A DNA stretch of 64,000 nt from an uncultured Mycoplasmatota bacterium (lineage in GTDB: Bacteria; Bacillota_I; Bacilli_A; RF39; UBA660), in the NCBI GenBank assembly GCA_947570175.1, contig CANOTJ010000003.1, positions 24,083 to 88,082 on the forward strand. Direction: 5' to 3'. Positions 49,561 through 58,639 of this stretch are shown here, in pieces. The position numbers were made by a program, and so were the translations under genes. The first letter of the stretch is position 1. Every line of letters begins with the position of its first letter. The notes beneath the pieces were generated by a model. The model made no database searches. It saw only the letters and a list, made by a program, of their open reading frames with translations, and was not told the origin of the DNA.

Positions 49561-49638
49561 AGACAACAAACTAGTTGTCTTTTATTGACAAAAAAAAAAA
49601 GAATATATATACTAAATGTATAGCAAGTAGGTGGATTT

Positions 49639-50577
49639 ATGAAAAAAATTAGTATCATTGTTCCAGCATATAATGAAGAAGAAGCAATTCCATATTTTTA
49701 TAAAGAGATTAAAAAGATATGGGAAAAAATGGCTAAAAATGATTTTGAAGTAATTTTTATCAACGACGGGTCAAAAGATCAAACCTTATCAATATTAAAA
49801 GAATATGCAAAAAAAGATAAAAAAATAAAATACATATCTTTTTCAAAAAATTTTGGAAAAGAGGCAGCAATTTATGCAGGATTAAAAAAAGCAAGTGGGG
49901 ATTTCATAACCATTATGGATGCTGATTTACAAGATCCTCCAGAATTGATTCCAGAAATGTATCGTTATATTGTGGAAGAGAATTATGACATGGTTGCAAC
50001 TAGGCGCGTAAATAGAAAAGGAGAGCCCCCTATTCGTAGTTTTTTTGCTAGAAAGTTTTATAAATTAATTAACAAAATGTCAAAAGTAGAAATGGTCGAT
50101 GGAGCACGCGACTTTCGTTTTATGACAAGACAAGTAGTAGATTCTATTTTAGAATTAGAAGAATATAATAGATACTCCAAAGGACTATTTAGTTTTATAG
50201 GATTTGAAACAAAATGGATTAGTTATCCCAATCAAAAACGTGTGGCAGGAAAAACAAAATGGTCTTTTTGGAATTTATTAATCTATGCTTGTGAGGCAAT
50301 TACAGCTTTTTCAACGGTCCCACTTGTGATATCTGTATTAATTGGCCTAATTTTTTGTATTATATCATTTTTAATGATTATTATAATTATATTAAAAACT
50401 TGGATTTATGGAGATCCTGTATCTGGATGGCCATCTCTTGTATGTATCATATTTTTAATTAGTGGTATTCAATTATTTTGTATTGGAATTATAGGGCAAT
50501 ATTTATCTAAAACTTATTTAGAGGTTAAAAAAAGGCCAATTTACATTATCAAAGAAGATAATATTGGAAAAGATTAA
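49639..50577 (+). CDS. GT2 polyprenol-phosphate glycosyltransferase (GtrB/CsbB-like)
   Basis: IVPAYNEE, DGSKD, MDADLQDPP, two C-terminal TMs. Confidence 0.92.
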   Translation: MKKISIIVPAYNEEEAIPYFYKEIKKIWEKMAKNDFEVIFINDGSKDQTLSILKEYAKKDKKIKYISFSKNFGKEAAIYAGLKKASGDFITIMDADLQDPPELIPEMYRYIVEENYDMVATRRVNRKGEPPIRSFFARKFYKLINKMSKVEMVDGARDFRFMTRQVVDSILELEEYNRYSKGLFSFIGFETKWISYPNQKRVAGKTKWSFWNLLIYACEAITAFSTVPLVISVLIGLIFCIISFLMIIIIILKTWIYGDPVSGWPSLVCIIFLISGIQLFCIGIIGQYLSKTYLEVKKRPIYIIKEDNIGKD

Positions 50578-50639
50578 TAAAAGATTTACACAAAATTTCT
50601 TTAATGTTATAATAATTTTAAAGATAAGGAGAAAAATAT

Positions 50640-51182
50640 ATGAATGATATTTTAACAGAAACAGAACAACGTATGACAAGTTCTATTGAAAATTTAGATA
50701 AAAGACTATTAAATATTCGTGCAGGGCGCGCTAATCCTGCCATGTTAGATGGAATTGAAGTAACTTATTATGGGACCCCAACTCCACTTATTCAATTAGC
50801 TGTAATTTCTGTTCCAGAAGCTCGTCAGCTTTGTATAAAACCATTTGATAAAAGTGCAATTAACGATATTGAAAAAGCAATATTCGAAGCAAATATTGGA
50901 CTTACTCCTAATAATAATGGGGAAACAGTTATTTTAAATATTCCTGCTTTAACAGAAGAAACAAGACGCGAATATGTAAAACAAGCAAAACAAGTAGCAG
51001 AAGAGGCAAAAATTGCTCTTAGAAATATCCGTCAGGATGCAAATAACGATATTAAAAAATTAGAAATGACAGAAGATGAAATAAAAACAGGGCAAGATAA
51101 TGTTCAAGAATTGATTAATAAGTTTAATAAACTTGTAGATCAAAAGGAAAAAGAAAAAGAAGAGGAGTTAATGACTGTATAG
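50640..51182 (+). CDS. frr: Ribosome recycling factor
   Basis: IRAGRANP, LTEETRRE, LRNIRQDAN. Confidence 0.97.
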   Translation: MNDILTETEQRMTSSIENLDKRLLNIRAGRANPAMLDGIEVTYYGTPTPLIQLAVISVPEARQLCIKPFDKSAINDIEKAIFEANIGLTPNNNGETVILNIPALTEETRREYVKQAKQVAEEAKIALRNIRQDANNDIKKLEMTEDEIKTGQDNVQELINKFNKLVDQKEKEKEEELMTV

Positions 51183-51195
51183 TCATTTTTTCTTT

Positions 51196-51732
51196 ATGAA
51201 AATTCTTTTTATATCTGACATTCATGGAATAACAACCAACTTAGAATATATTAGAAAAACTTTTGAAAAACAGAATTGCAATTTATTAGTTGTCTTAGGA
51301 GATTTATATCACTCTTATGTCAAACATCCTGATATTGATCCATTAGGTGTTAAGGATTTTTTAGAAAGTTTTCAAGATAAACTCATTTGTATGCAAGGAA
51401 ATAATGATACAGCTAGTGATCAAATGAAATCAAGTTTTCCTATTTTATCAGATCTTTCTTTCATTTATATTGATAATATTCCTATCTATTTAACACATGG
51501 ACACCGATACAATATGCGAAATCATAAGAAGTTAAAATCTGGTGTTTTAATATATGGTCATGAGCATATACCATATATTGTCCAAGATGAGAATATGATA
51601 TATATCAATACAGGTTCCATTTCAATTCCTCGAAATCATGAGTTTCCTACTTATACAATTTATGAGAATAATACATTTATAATTTATAATATAAAAAATG
51701 AAATTATAGATTCTATTACAATTAAAAAATGA
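51196..51732 (+). CDS. YfcE-like metallophosphoesterase
   Basis: SDIHG, GD, GNND, THGH, GHEH, NTGS. Confidence 0.9.
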   Translation: MKILFISDIHGITTNLEYIRKTFEKQNCNLLVVLGDLYHSYVKHPDIDPLGVKDFLESFQDKLICMQGNNDTASDQMKSSFPILSDLSFIYIDNIPIYLTHGHRYNMRNHKKLKSGVLIYGHEHIPYIVQDENMIYINTGSISIPRNHEFPTYTIYENNTFIIYNIKNEIIDSITIKK

Positions 51733-51864
51733 ATTTATAAAATTGACAAAACAGTTTCCCTTTAAAATAAAACTACTGAAAAATAATCAGTAATTTTATA
51801 ATAAAAGTTTTGTTTTTTAATTAAAAGCCCTTATTTTAAGCTAAATATATAAAATTTAAAGCAA

Positions 51865-51887
51865 TTTTACTACCAATTTACTACTTT
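51865..51887 (+). repeat. TTTACTAC tandem motif, copy 1
   Basis: 22/23 identical to 52947-52969. Confidence 0.7.
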
Positions 51888-51992
51888 ACGAATATGAATT
51901 GAAAAAATAATAACATTAATAAGCAAATTATGTTATAATAAGTATTAACTTAAATTGTAGCTTATAAATTTTCATGTTAGGAGAAATAAATT

Positions 51993-52745
51993 ATGACTTA
52001 CTTTTATGATGATTATGTTGAACAATATGGAAAAATTGATAAATTTAGTGGATATGGCACATACATTATGCCAAATGATACACTTTTTGATGTAGATACC
52101 TATGCCTCTATTGCCCATGCTGGAGGCTTTGTAATACCTTTCTTTAGATCTTATATGCACCCTGATAAAGATGAAATAAATTATTATAGCAAAGAAGAGT
52201 TACTTAGTTATTTAATCAGTTGGAAAGAAGCATTACTTACAAAAAAATATGATGTAAATCCAAAAGAGCAACAAATGAGACTTCACTTAGTCCAATATTT
52301 TATAAATATTTACAAAAGTAATAAATCTATATGGGATTGGGAAAATGAACGTGTTGATTTTTCAGAAGTAACTGGTATTCCCAATATTGAAGAAAATTGG
52401 TATGGGAGAGATGTAACTTTAAAATCAGTTTTAGTACAAGCTTGTAATTATGATTCTATTGAAAGTCAACGTTATAGAACAATTACCACTTCAAAATTCA
52501 ATATTTATGAAACTTTTTATGATTATATTTTACATGATTATCAAATTTTTCAAATACCAAAAAAGGTGTATGATGAAAATTTACAACAATATATTGATTA
52601 CAAACAATCTATTTGGTTTATGCCTGATAGTGAATTAAGATTAAAAGCCGAATTAGAATCAATCTGCAAAGAAATTCCTTTACAAGAAAGAAGTCAATAT
52701 TGTAGAAATAAATCAAAAATCAAAAGATATGATTTTTTACATTAA
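51993..52745 (+). CDS. Hypothetical protein
   Basis: AGGAG RBS, TGTTATAAT upstream; 250 aa. Confidence 0.75.
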   Translation: MTYFYDDYVEQYGKIDKFSGYGTYIMPNDTLFDVDTYASIAHAGGFVIPFFRSYMHPDKDEINYYSKEELLSYLISWKEALLTKKYDVNPKEQQMRLHLVQYFINIYKSNKSIWDWENERVDFSEVTGIPNIEENWYGRDVTLKSVLVQACNYDSIESQRYRTITTSKFNIYETFYDYILHDYQIFQIPKKVYDENLQQYIDYKQSIWFMPDSELRLKAELESICKEIPLQERSQYCRNKSKIKRYDFLH

Positions 52746-52808
52746 ATATTAAAAAAATAATTAACTATTATAAAAATTAATTTACTACATGCTTCATGCT
52801 ACATAATA

Positions 52809-52912
52809 AGAGTAATACTATTTTTATTATGGTGAAGACCTATACGGCTAACGCACCTAGGTCTCGCTTATAAGACTATACTCTAATACTGTGCAATGTC
52901 ATAGTATTTTTT
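52809..52912 (+). ncRNA. Possible structured small RNA with terminator
   Basis: AGACCTA/TAGGTCT stem within longer helix, then AATACT/AGTATT hairpin and T-run. Confidence 0.4.
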
Positions 52913-52946
52913 AACATTTAAAATTGACGCCTTAAAAAATTTAAAT

Positions 52947-52969
52947 TTTTACTACTAATTTACTACTTT
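52947..52969 (+). repeat. TTTACTAC tandem motif, copy 2
   Basis: See copy 1. Confidence 0.7.
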
Positions 52970-53177
52970 TAAAAACAAAAATATAAGAAATTATAAAAGT
53001 ATATGTGAATAGCTTCTAAAAATAAAAGTTTCGTAAACACTTATAAATAAAGGTTATAACGACATTTAAGGATTTGTAAAAAGAGACTCTTAAAAAAACA
53101 CTATTTTTTTCGTACAATTTTATTTTTTTATATTTTGTTTCTAGAGGATTTATGATAAAATTAAAAAAGGTGATACA

Positions 53178-53576
53178 ATGGAGATAAATAGAAGCGAACT
53201 TAGAAAAAAAATCATGACTATTTTATATCAAATCAATGTATATAAGAATCACAAAATGAATTATGATGTAGAAGAGATAATAAAAGAAGTTTTAGAGATT
53301 GATAATGAGTTTGTAAAGGATATTGTTTATGGCGTCATTACCTATCAAAACGAAATTAATGATCTAGCAAATAGATACTTAGAAGGATGGACAATTGATC
53401 GATTAGGTAATACTGATAAAGCAATTCTACAAATGGGAATATACGAACTCATTTATACAAATACTCCTGACATTGTTTGTATTAATGAAGCAATTGAACT
53501 TGCTAAATTATATAGTGATGATAGTGTGAGAAAAATGATTAATGGGGTAATGGATAAAATTTATCATAACAAGTAG
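53178..53576 (+). CDS. nusB: Transcription antitermination factor NusB
   Basis: [31 protein letters not shown]. Confidence 0.95.
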   Translation: MEINRSELRKKIMTILYQINVYKNHKMNYDVEEIIKEVLEIDNEFVKDIVYGVITYQNEINDLANRYLEGWTIDRLGNTDKAILQMGIYELIYTNTPDIVCINEAIELAKLYSDDSVRKMINGVMDKIYHNK

Positions 53577-53585
53577 GTAGATAAT

Positions 53586-54878
53586 ATGGACGAGAAGTAT
53601 TTAACAGTAACCGCTCTAACAAAATATTTAAAATATAAATTTGATAGTGATCAAAATCTTCAAAGAGTATTTTTAAGAGGTGAAATTTCTAATTTTAAAG
53701 CCCATAGTTCAGGGCATTACTATTTCTCAATCAAAGATGAAAATAGTAAAATTAATGCAATTATGTTTAGTACATATACAAAAAAATTACCTTTTGTTCC
53801 AACAGAAGGAATGAAAATTATGGTCTCAGGTAGTATACGTATATATGAGACAACCGGAAATTATCAGATTTATATCAATGATTTAATCGAAGATGGAGTT
53901 GGGAATCTCCATATCGCTTTTGAAAAATTAAAAAAGAAATTAACAAGCGAGGGATTATTTGATAAAAAATATAAAAAAGGAATTCCCAAATACCCTAGTA
54001 AAATAGGGATTGTAACCGCTGCGACAGGAGCGGCAGTAAAAGATATTTTATCTACTATTAAAAGAAGATATCCCGTCTGTCAAACATATTTATTTCCATG
54101 TTTAGTACAAGGAGAACAAGCTAGTTTAGATATTATAAAAAAAATAAAACAAGCTGAAAACTATGATTTAGATGTGCTAATTGTTGGACGTGGTGGAGGA
54201 TCTTTTGAAGACCTAAATTCCTTTAATGATGAACAACTGGCACGAACCATTTTTGCTTGTAGTATCCCACTCATTAGTGCAGTCGGTCATGAAATCGATT
54301 ACACCATTGCTGACTTTGTCGCAGATCTTCGAGCTCCAACACCCACAGGAGCAGCAGAGATGGCGGTTCCAAATATTACAGAATTAAGCCAAATGCTTCA
54401 TCAGTATCATATCAGGTTAAATGAAGTAATTTTAAAAAAAATAAATTATTTAAAATTATATATGGAAGGAATTAAAAGTTCCTTTGTAATAAAAAATCCA
54501 ATGTTGATGTTTGATAATAAAAAACAAAGATTAGATTTAATCGAGGAAAAGTTAAATCATGTTTTAAAAAATAAAATTGAAACAGAAAAAAAACGTTTCA
54601 ATTATTTAAAAAACAATTTTATTTTAAATAATCCAAATGTACTATATCAAAATCAAAAAGTAGTATTCAGTAATTTAATAGAAAAATTAGAACTTGTAAG
54701 TCCAATGAATACATTAAAAAGAGGATATACATTAACCTATCAAGAAAATCAAATAGTAAAAAGTATCAAAAAAATTAACAAAAACGATTTGTTAAAAATT
54801 AAATTTTATGATGGAAATGTAACGGTTCAAGTATTAGATAAGGAGAAAAAAGATGGCAAAAACAGAAACGAAATTTGA
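53586..54878 (+). CDS. xseA: Exodeoxyribonuclease VII large subunit
   Basis: GEISNF, GRGGGSFEDL, SAVGHEID, RAPTPT. Confidence 0.97.
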   Translation: MDEKYLTVTALTKYLKYKFDSDQNLQRVFLRGEISNFKAHSSGHYYFSIKDENSKINAIMFSTYTKKLPFVPTEGMKIMVSGSIRIYETTGNYQIYINDLIEDGVGNLHIAFEKLKKKLTSEGLFDKKYKKGIPKYPSKIGIVTAATGAAVKDILSTIKRRYPVCQTYLFPCLVQGEQASLDIIKKIKQAENYDLDVLIVGRGGGSFEDLNSFNDEQLARTIFACSIPLISAVGHEIDYTIADFVADLRAPTPTGAAEMAVPNITELSQMLHQYHIRLNEVILKKINYLKLYMEGIKSSFVIKNPMLMFDNKKQRLDLIEEKLNHVLKNKIETEKKRFNYLKNNFILNNPNVLYQNQKVVFSNLIEKLELVSPMNTLKRGYTLTYQENQIVKSIKKINKNDLLKIKFYDGNVTVQVLDKEKKDGKNRNEI

Positions 54879-55077
54879 AGAAAAAATTACAGAATTAGAG
54901 AAAATTATTAATGATTTAGAAAATGGAGAAATCGATTTAGATGAGTCTATTAATAAATATATGGCAGCTATGAAATTAGTAAAAGAATGTGATGAAAAAT
55001 TAAAAAATATTGAAGAACAAGTAAACAAAATGGTTGCAGAAAACGGTGAAATGAGTGACTTTGAATTACCAGAATAG
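54853..55077 (+). CDS. xseB: Exodeoxyribonuclease VII small subunit
   Basis: FEEKITELEKIINDLENGEIDLDES. Confidence 0.95.
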   Translation: MAKTETKFEEKITELEKIINDLENGEIDLDESINKYMAAMKLVKECDEKLKNIEEQVNKMVAENGEMSDFELPE

Positions 55078-55170
55078 TAAAAGATGCCAAAACGGTATTT
55101 TTTTCTTTTTATATTTTAAATAAAAATTATCATAATAATAATGTAGTCTGTAACAAAAGGAGACGAGAAA

Positions 55171-56163
55171 ATGTTTTTTAAAAAATTTAAAAAAACGTCT
55201 TTGCTTCTTCTTCTATCATTATTTATTATACCATTTAATGCTTTTGCCTATTCGAATTATTTAATTCCTGGAGGAGAAAATATTGGGATTCAAATAGAAT
55301 CAAAGGGAATTATCATAGTTGGTGTTTATGAAATTAATAAATCTTATCCTGCTTATGATGCTGGATTAGAAGTTGGAGATATCATTACTAAAGTAAATCA
55401 TGAAAAGGTAAATAACATCAACGAAATGGTATCAAAAATTAATGATTTAAAACCAAAAGAAATAGAAATAACTTATAAAAGAAATAATAAAGAAAACACA
55501 ACAACACTGCAAATTATAGAAGAAGAAAACGTTTTCAAAACGGGTCTTTATGTAAAAGATAGTATCACAGGAATTGGAACCTTAAGTTTTATAGATCCGG
55601 ATACTAAAATATTTGGTGCACTAGGACATGAGATTATTGAACAGACAACAGGAAAAATGTTAGAAATTAAAAATGGTAAAATTTTTGAATCGAGTGTTAC
55701 AGATATTAATCGTAGTGAAAACGGAAATCCTGGTAGTAAAAATGCAGAATTTGATTTCGATAAAGTAAATGGTAGTATTTTAGAAAATACTGAAAGTGGT
55801 ATTTTTGGAAATTACACGGGAAACCTTCCAAATAAGCAAAAATATAAAGTAGCAAAATTTGAAGATGTTCAATTAGGAAAAGCAAAAATAATGACTGTAT
55901 TAGAAGGAGAAAATGTAAAAGAATATGATATTAATATAATAAAATTAGATAACAAAAATGAACAAAAGACAAAAAATATTCTATTCGAAGTTACAGATCA
56001 AGAACTTTTAGAAAAGTCTGGGGGAATTGTTCAAGGAATGAGTGGATCGACAATTATCCAGGGAGAATATATTGTAGGGGCAGTTACCCATGTAGTTGTT
56101 GATAATCCTGCTAAAGGATATGGTATTTTAATTACAAATATGTTAGAAGAAGCAGAAAACTAA
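55171..56163 (+). CDS. spoIVB: SpoIVB peptidase (S55, PDZ)
   Basis: GIGTLSF, FGALGH, GIVQGMSGS, GAVTHV. Confidence 0.92.
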   Translation: MFFKKFKKTSLLLLLSLFIIPFNAFAYSNYLIPGGENIGIQIESKGIIIVGVYEINKSYPAYDAGLEVGDIITKVNHEKVNNINEMVSKINDLKPKEIEITYKRNNKENTTTLQIIEEENVFKTGLYVKDSITGIGTLSFIDPDTKIFGALGHEIIEQTTGKMLEIKNGKIFESSVTDINRSENGNPGSKNAEFDFDKVNGSILENTESGIFGNYTGNLPNKQKYKVAKFEDVQLGKAKIMTVLEGENVKEYDINIIKLDNKNEQKTKNILFEVTDQELLEKSGGIVQGMSGSTIIQGEYIVGAVTHVVVDNPAKGYGILITNMLEEAEN

Positions 56164-56270
56164 AAGAGAGCATATCTCTTTTTTTGTATAATGGAAATAT
56201 TTGACTTTTTGCAAAAAAAGGTGTATAGTAAACAACGTTTAGTTAAATTCAAAAGGGGTGAATTGGTATT

Positions 56271-56789
56271 ATGATAAAAAATATTTTATCAAAAAAAATT
56301 TCTAACTTTAAAAGAAAACCAACTAAAAAGAAAATTTTAAATTTTGTAGCCTTAAATATATTTTTTAGTATTACATTAATAACATCAATTGCTTTCGCAT
56401 CATTTGGATTTTTAGATGTTGCTACTTATATAAAAGAAGGGGGAAATATAGCTGATACTTATTTTTATTCAGTATTTAATGCCATTTTCGTAATAGGAGC
56501 AGGGACAACGATTCCAGCTATAATTGGAACTACCAAAACAATCAAAGAATATAAAAAAGAATTAAAAAAATCTTCTAAACAGAAAAGAAAACAAAATGAA
56601 ACCAAGGTAAAAATAACTCAAAAACAACAAATATCAACATATACACCAAAAAGGGAAACAATGAGTATAGAAGAACGTAGAAAACGTCTAAAAGAAATAA
56701 GACAACAACTATTAAGTATGGAAATAGAAGATACGTATGAAGAGGAGTTAGAAAAAAACAAATCTAAAACAAAAGAAAAGAAGTGGTAA
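56271..56789 (+). CDS. Hypothetical two-TM protein
   Basis: Own TTGACT promoter and terminator; charged C-terminus. Confidence 0.7.
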   Translation: MIKNILSKKISNFKRKPTKKKILNFVALNIFFSITLITSIAFASFGFLDVATYIKEGGNIADTYFYSVFNAIFVIGAGTTIPAIIGTTKTIKEYKKELKKSSKQKRKQNETKVKITQKQQISTYTPKRETMSIEERRKRLKEIRQQLLSMEIEDTYEEELEKNKSKTKEKKW

Positions 56790-56852
56790 CAAAAAGCCAC
56801 TTTTTATATCTTTTATTAAAACAATAATCGTTTATAATATTGACAAAATAAG

Positions 56853-57851
56853 ATGTATATATTAAAATATACATCATTAGAAAAGAGGATGAAAATGGCG
56901 GGACCAGTTGTTCACAATCAATTTATGAAAGATTGCTTTTGCGACCTAGAATTAAATCAATATTTAACAAAAAATAGTAATATATTTGCCCAAGGACATG
57001 ATTTATTACTATACACTCAACTTTGGGATTTTTTATCCAATCGAAACATTTCTTTAATTCTTAGTAATTTTAAGTTTAGAGAATTTGTTTATAATTATTT
57101 ACAGAAAGGCATTAAAAATGAATCAGTTTATCAAGACAAAAATATAAGGATGTTTTTGTATGGATATATAGCTCATCATATTCTAGATAGTTATTTTCAT
57201 CCTTTTATTATGCAATACTGTGAAGATTACTTGCCCAAAAGAAGTAAAAAATGGCTTCATGGTACAATTGAAACATTATATGATTCCTATTTTATTGAAA
57301 CAAGAAAAGGGGAAAAACCCCAACAATATAAATTATATAATAATTTTGAATATAGCAAAGTACATAACCCTAATTTTATTAATAATATTAATCATTCTAT
57401 TTATGAAACATATCAATTAAAAAGGGTGGGACAAAAATTTCGGCATGCTTTTTCTAGTATTCAATCTTATATGTATTTATATCGTTATGATCCCAATGAT
57501 TTTAAAAAGAAGATTGCTGATATAACTGAAAAATTTGTAAATTTAGGAGCTAGAGATTTTTTTTATCAAGAAAATGCAATTGAACAACTAAAGGATTATA
57601 TGAATTTAAATAATAAAACCTGGAAAAATATCTGGAGTTTCACTACAGATACTCAAGAAACTTCTAATACTAATTTTTTTGAGATTTATAAACAAGCATT
57701 AGTGATAACTGAAGAAATTATTAATGAGCTTGAACATATCTTAAACAATCAATCTAATGTAAGTAAACAAAAAATAAAAAGTATAATTCCAAACCGTTCT
57801 GCGATAACAGGACTAAAATGTGGGCAAAAGCTCCCCTTTGTAAAATATTAG
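56853..57851 (+). CDS. Zinc-dependent phospholipase C family protein
   Basis: MAGPVVH, QGHD, GYIAHHILDSYFHPF, HGTIE; likely start 56895. Confidence 0.75.
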   Translation: MYILKYTSLEKRMKMAGPVVHNQFMKDCFCDLELNQYLTKNSNIFAQGHDLLLYTQLWDFLSNRNISLILSNFKFREFVYNYLQKGIKNESVYQDKNIRMFLYGYIAHHILDSYFHPFIMQYCEDYLPKRSKKWLHGTIETLYDSYFIETRKGEKPQQYKLYNNFEYSKVHNPNFINNINHSIYETYQLKRVGQKFRHAFSSIQSYMYLYRYDPNDFKKKIADITEKFVNLGARDFFYQENAIEQLKDYMNLNNKTWKNIWSFTTDTQETSNTNFFEIYKQALVITEEIINELEHILNNQSNVSKQKIKSIIPNRSAITGLKCGQKLPFVKY

Positions 57852-57861
57852 GACTAGTTTT

Positions 57862-58581
57862 ATGAAAAGAAATCAATTAAAAAGTTTCTTTATTTTATTA
57901 AAATTGATATATGAATTGTTATTGAATTATACAAAATTAACCATTGATGATTATGAAAGAAATTATACAATATGCAAAAAAATATGTAATGAAGTGATTC
58001 AAACTCTGGGTTTAGATATTCAAATTTATGGGAAAAGTGAAATTCCAAACAATAATCCATATTTATTAATTTCCAATCATAGAAGTTTTTTTGATATTAT
58101 TATGCTAATAGCAACAATAGAAAAACCAATTTCCTTTGCAGTAGCCAAAGAACTTTGCAATTATCCCATTTTAAAAAAATACATTCATTCTATTCGTTGT
58201 ATATCTATTGATAGAGAAAATAAAGATATTTTACAAGTGAAAAAACAGATAGAAAATATCTCCTCTTTTTTAGAGAAAAATACCCTTGTTTTATTTCCAG
58301 AGGGTGAATGCAACTATTTTAATGATGAAATTAAAGAGTTTAAAAAAGGTGGTTTTGTTTCAGCAATACAAACAAATACTTTAATATTACCTACATATAT
58401 TAAATTCTCTGATTATCAACATATTAAAAGATGGGTAATTCCAAAGGGAGAAGTAAAGATTTTCTTTTCATCTCCTTTCACACCACAAGAAGTATTTGCT
58501 AAAAAAGTCAAAGCAAAACAACTAACACTCTATAGCTATGAAAAAATACTAGAACTTCAAAAAAAATCGTTTAAGCAATAA
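57862..58581 (+). CDS. plsC: 1-acyl-sn-glycerol-3-phosphate acyltransferase family
   Basis: SNHRSFFD, LFPEG, FKKG. Confidence 0.85.
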   Translation: MKRNQLKSFFILLKLIYELLLNYTKLTIDDYERNYTICKKICNEVIQTLGLDIQIYGKSEIPNNNPYLLISNHRSFFDIIMLIATIEKPISFAVAKELCNYPILKKYIHSIRCISIDRENKDILQVKKQIENISSFLEKNTLVLFPEGECNYFNDEIKEFKKGGFVSAIQTNTLILPTYIKFSDYQHIKRWVIPKGEVKIFFSSPFTPQEVFAKKVKAKQLTLYSYEKILELQKKSFKQ

Positions 58582-58639
58582 GCGGTTTTTTATTTGACAA
58601 ATTTTTGGAATATACTATAATATAAATAAAGGTGATAAA

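Noticed and set aside
37633-49600. Long poly-A tracts upstream of the pilin-like gene (about 37633) and the GT2 gene (about 49589) as phase-variation switches
   Set aside because: Both fall in likely promoter spacers, but A-runs are common in this genome and no length variation can be seen from one sequence.
52831-52864. H-type pseudoknot (GGTG/CACC with AGACCTA/TAGGTCT)
   Set aside because: It would need a zero-length connecting loop; a simple hairpin is more plausible.
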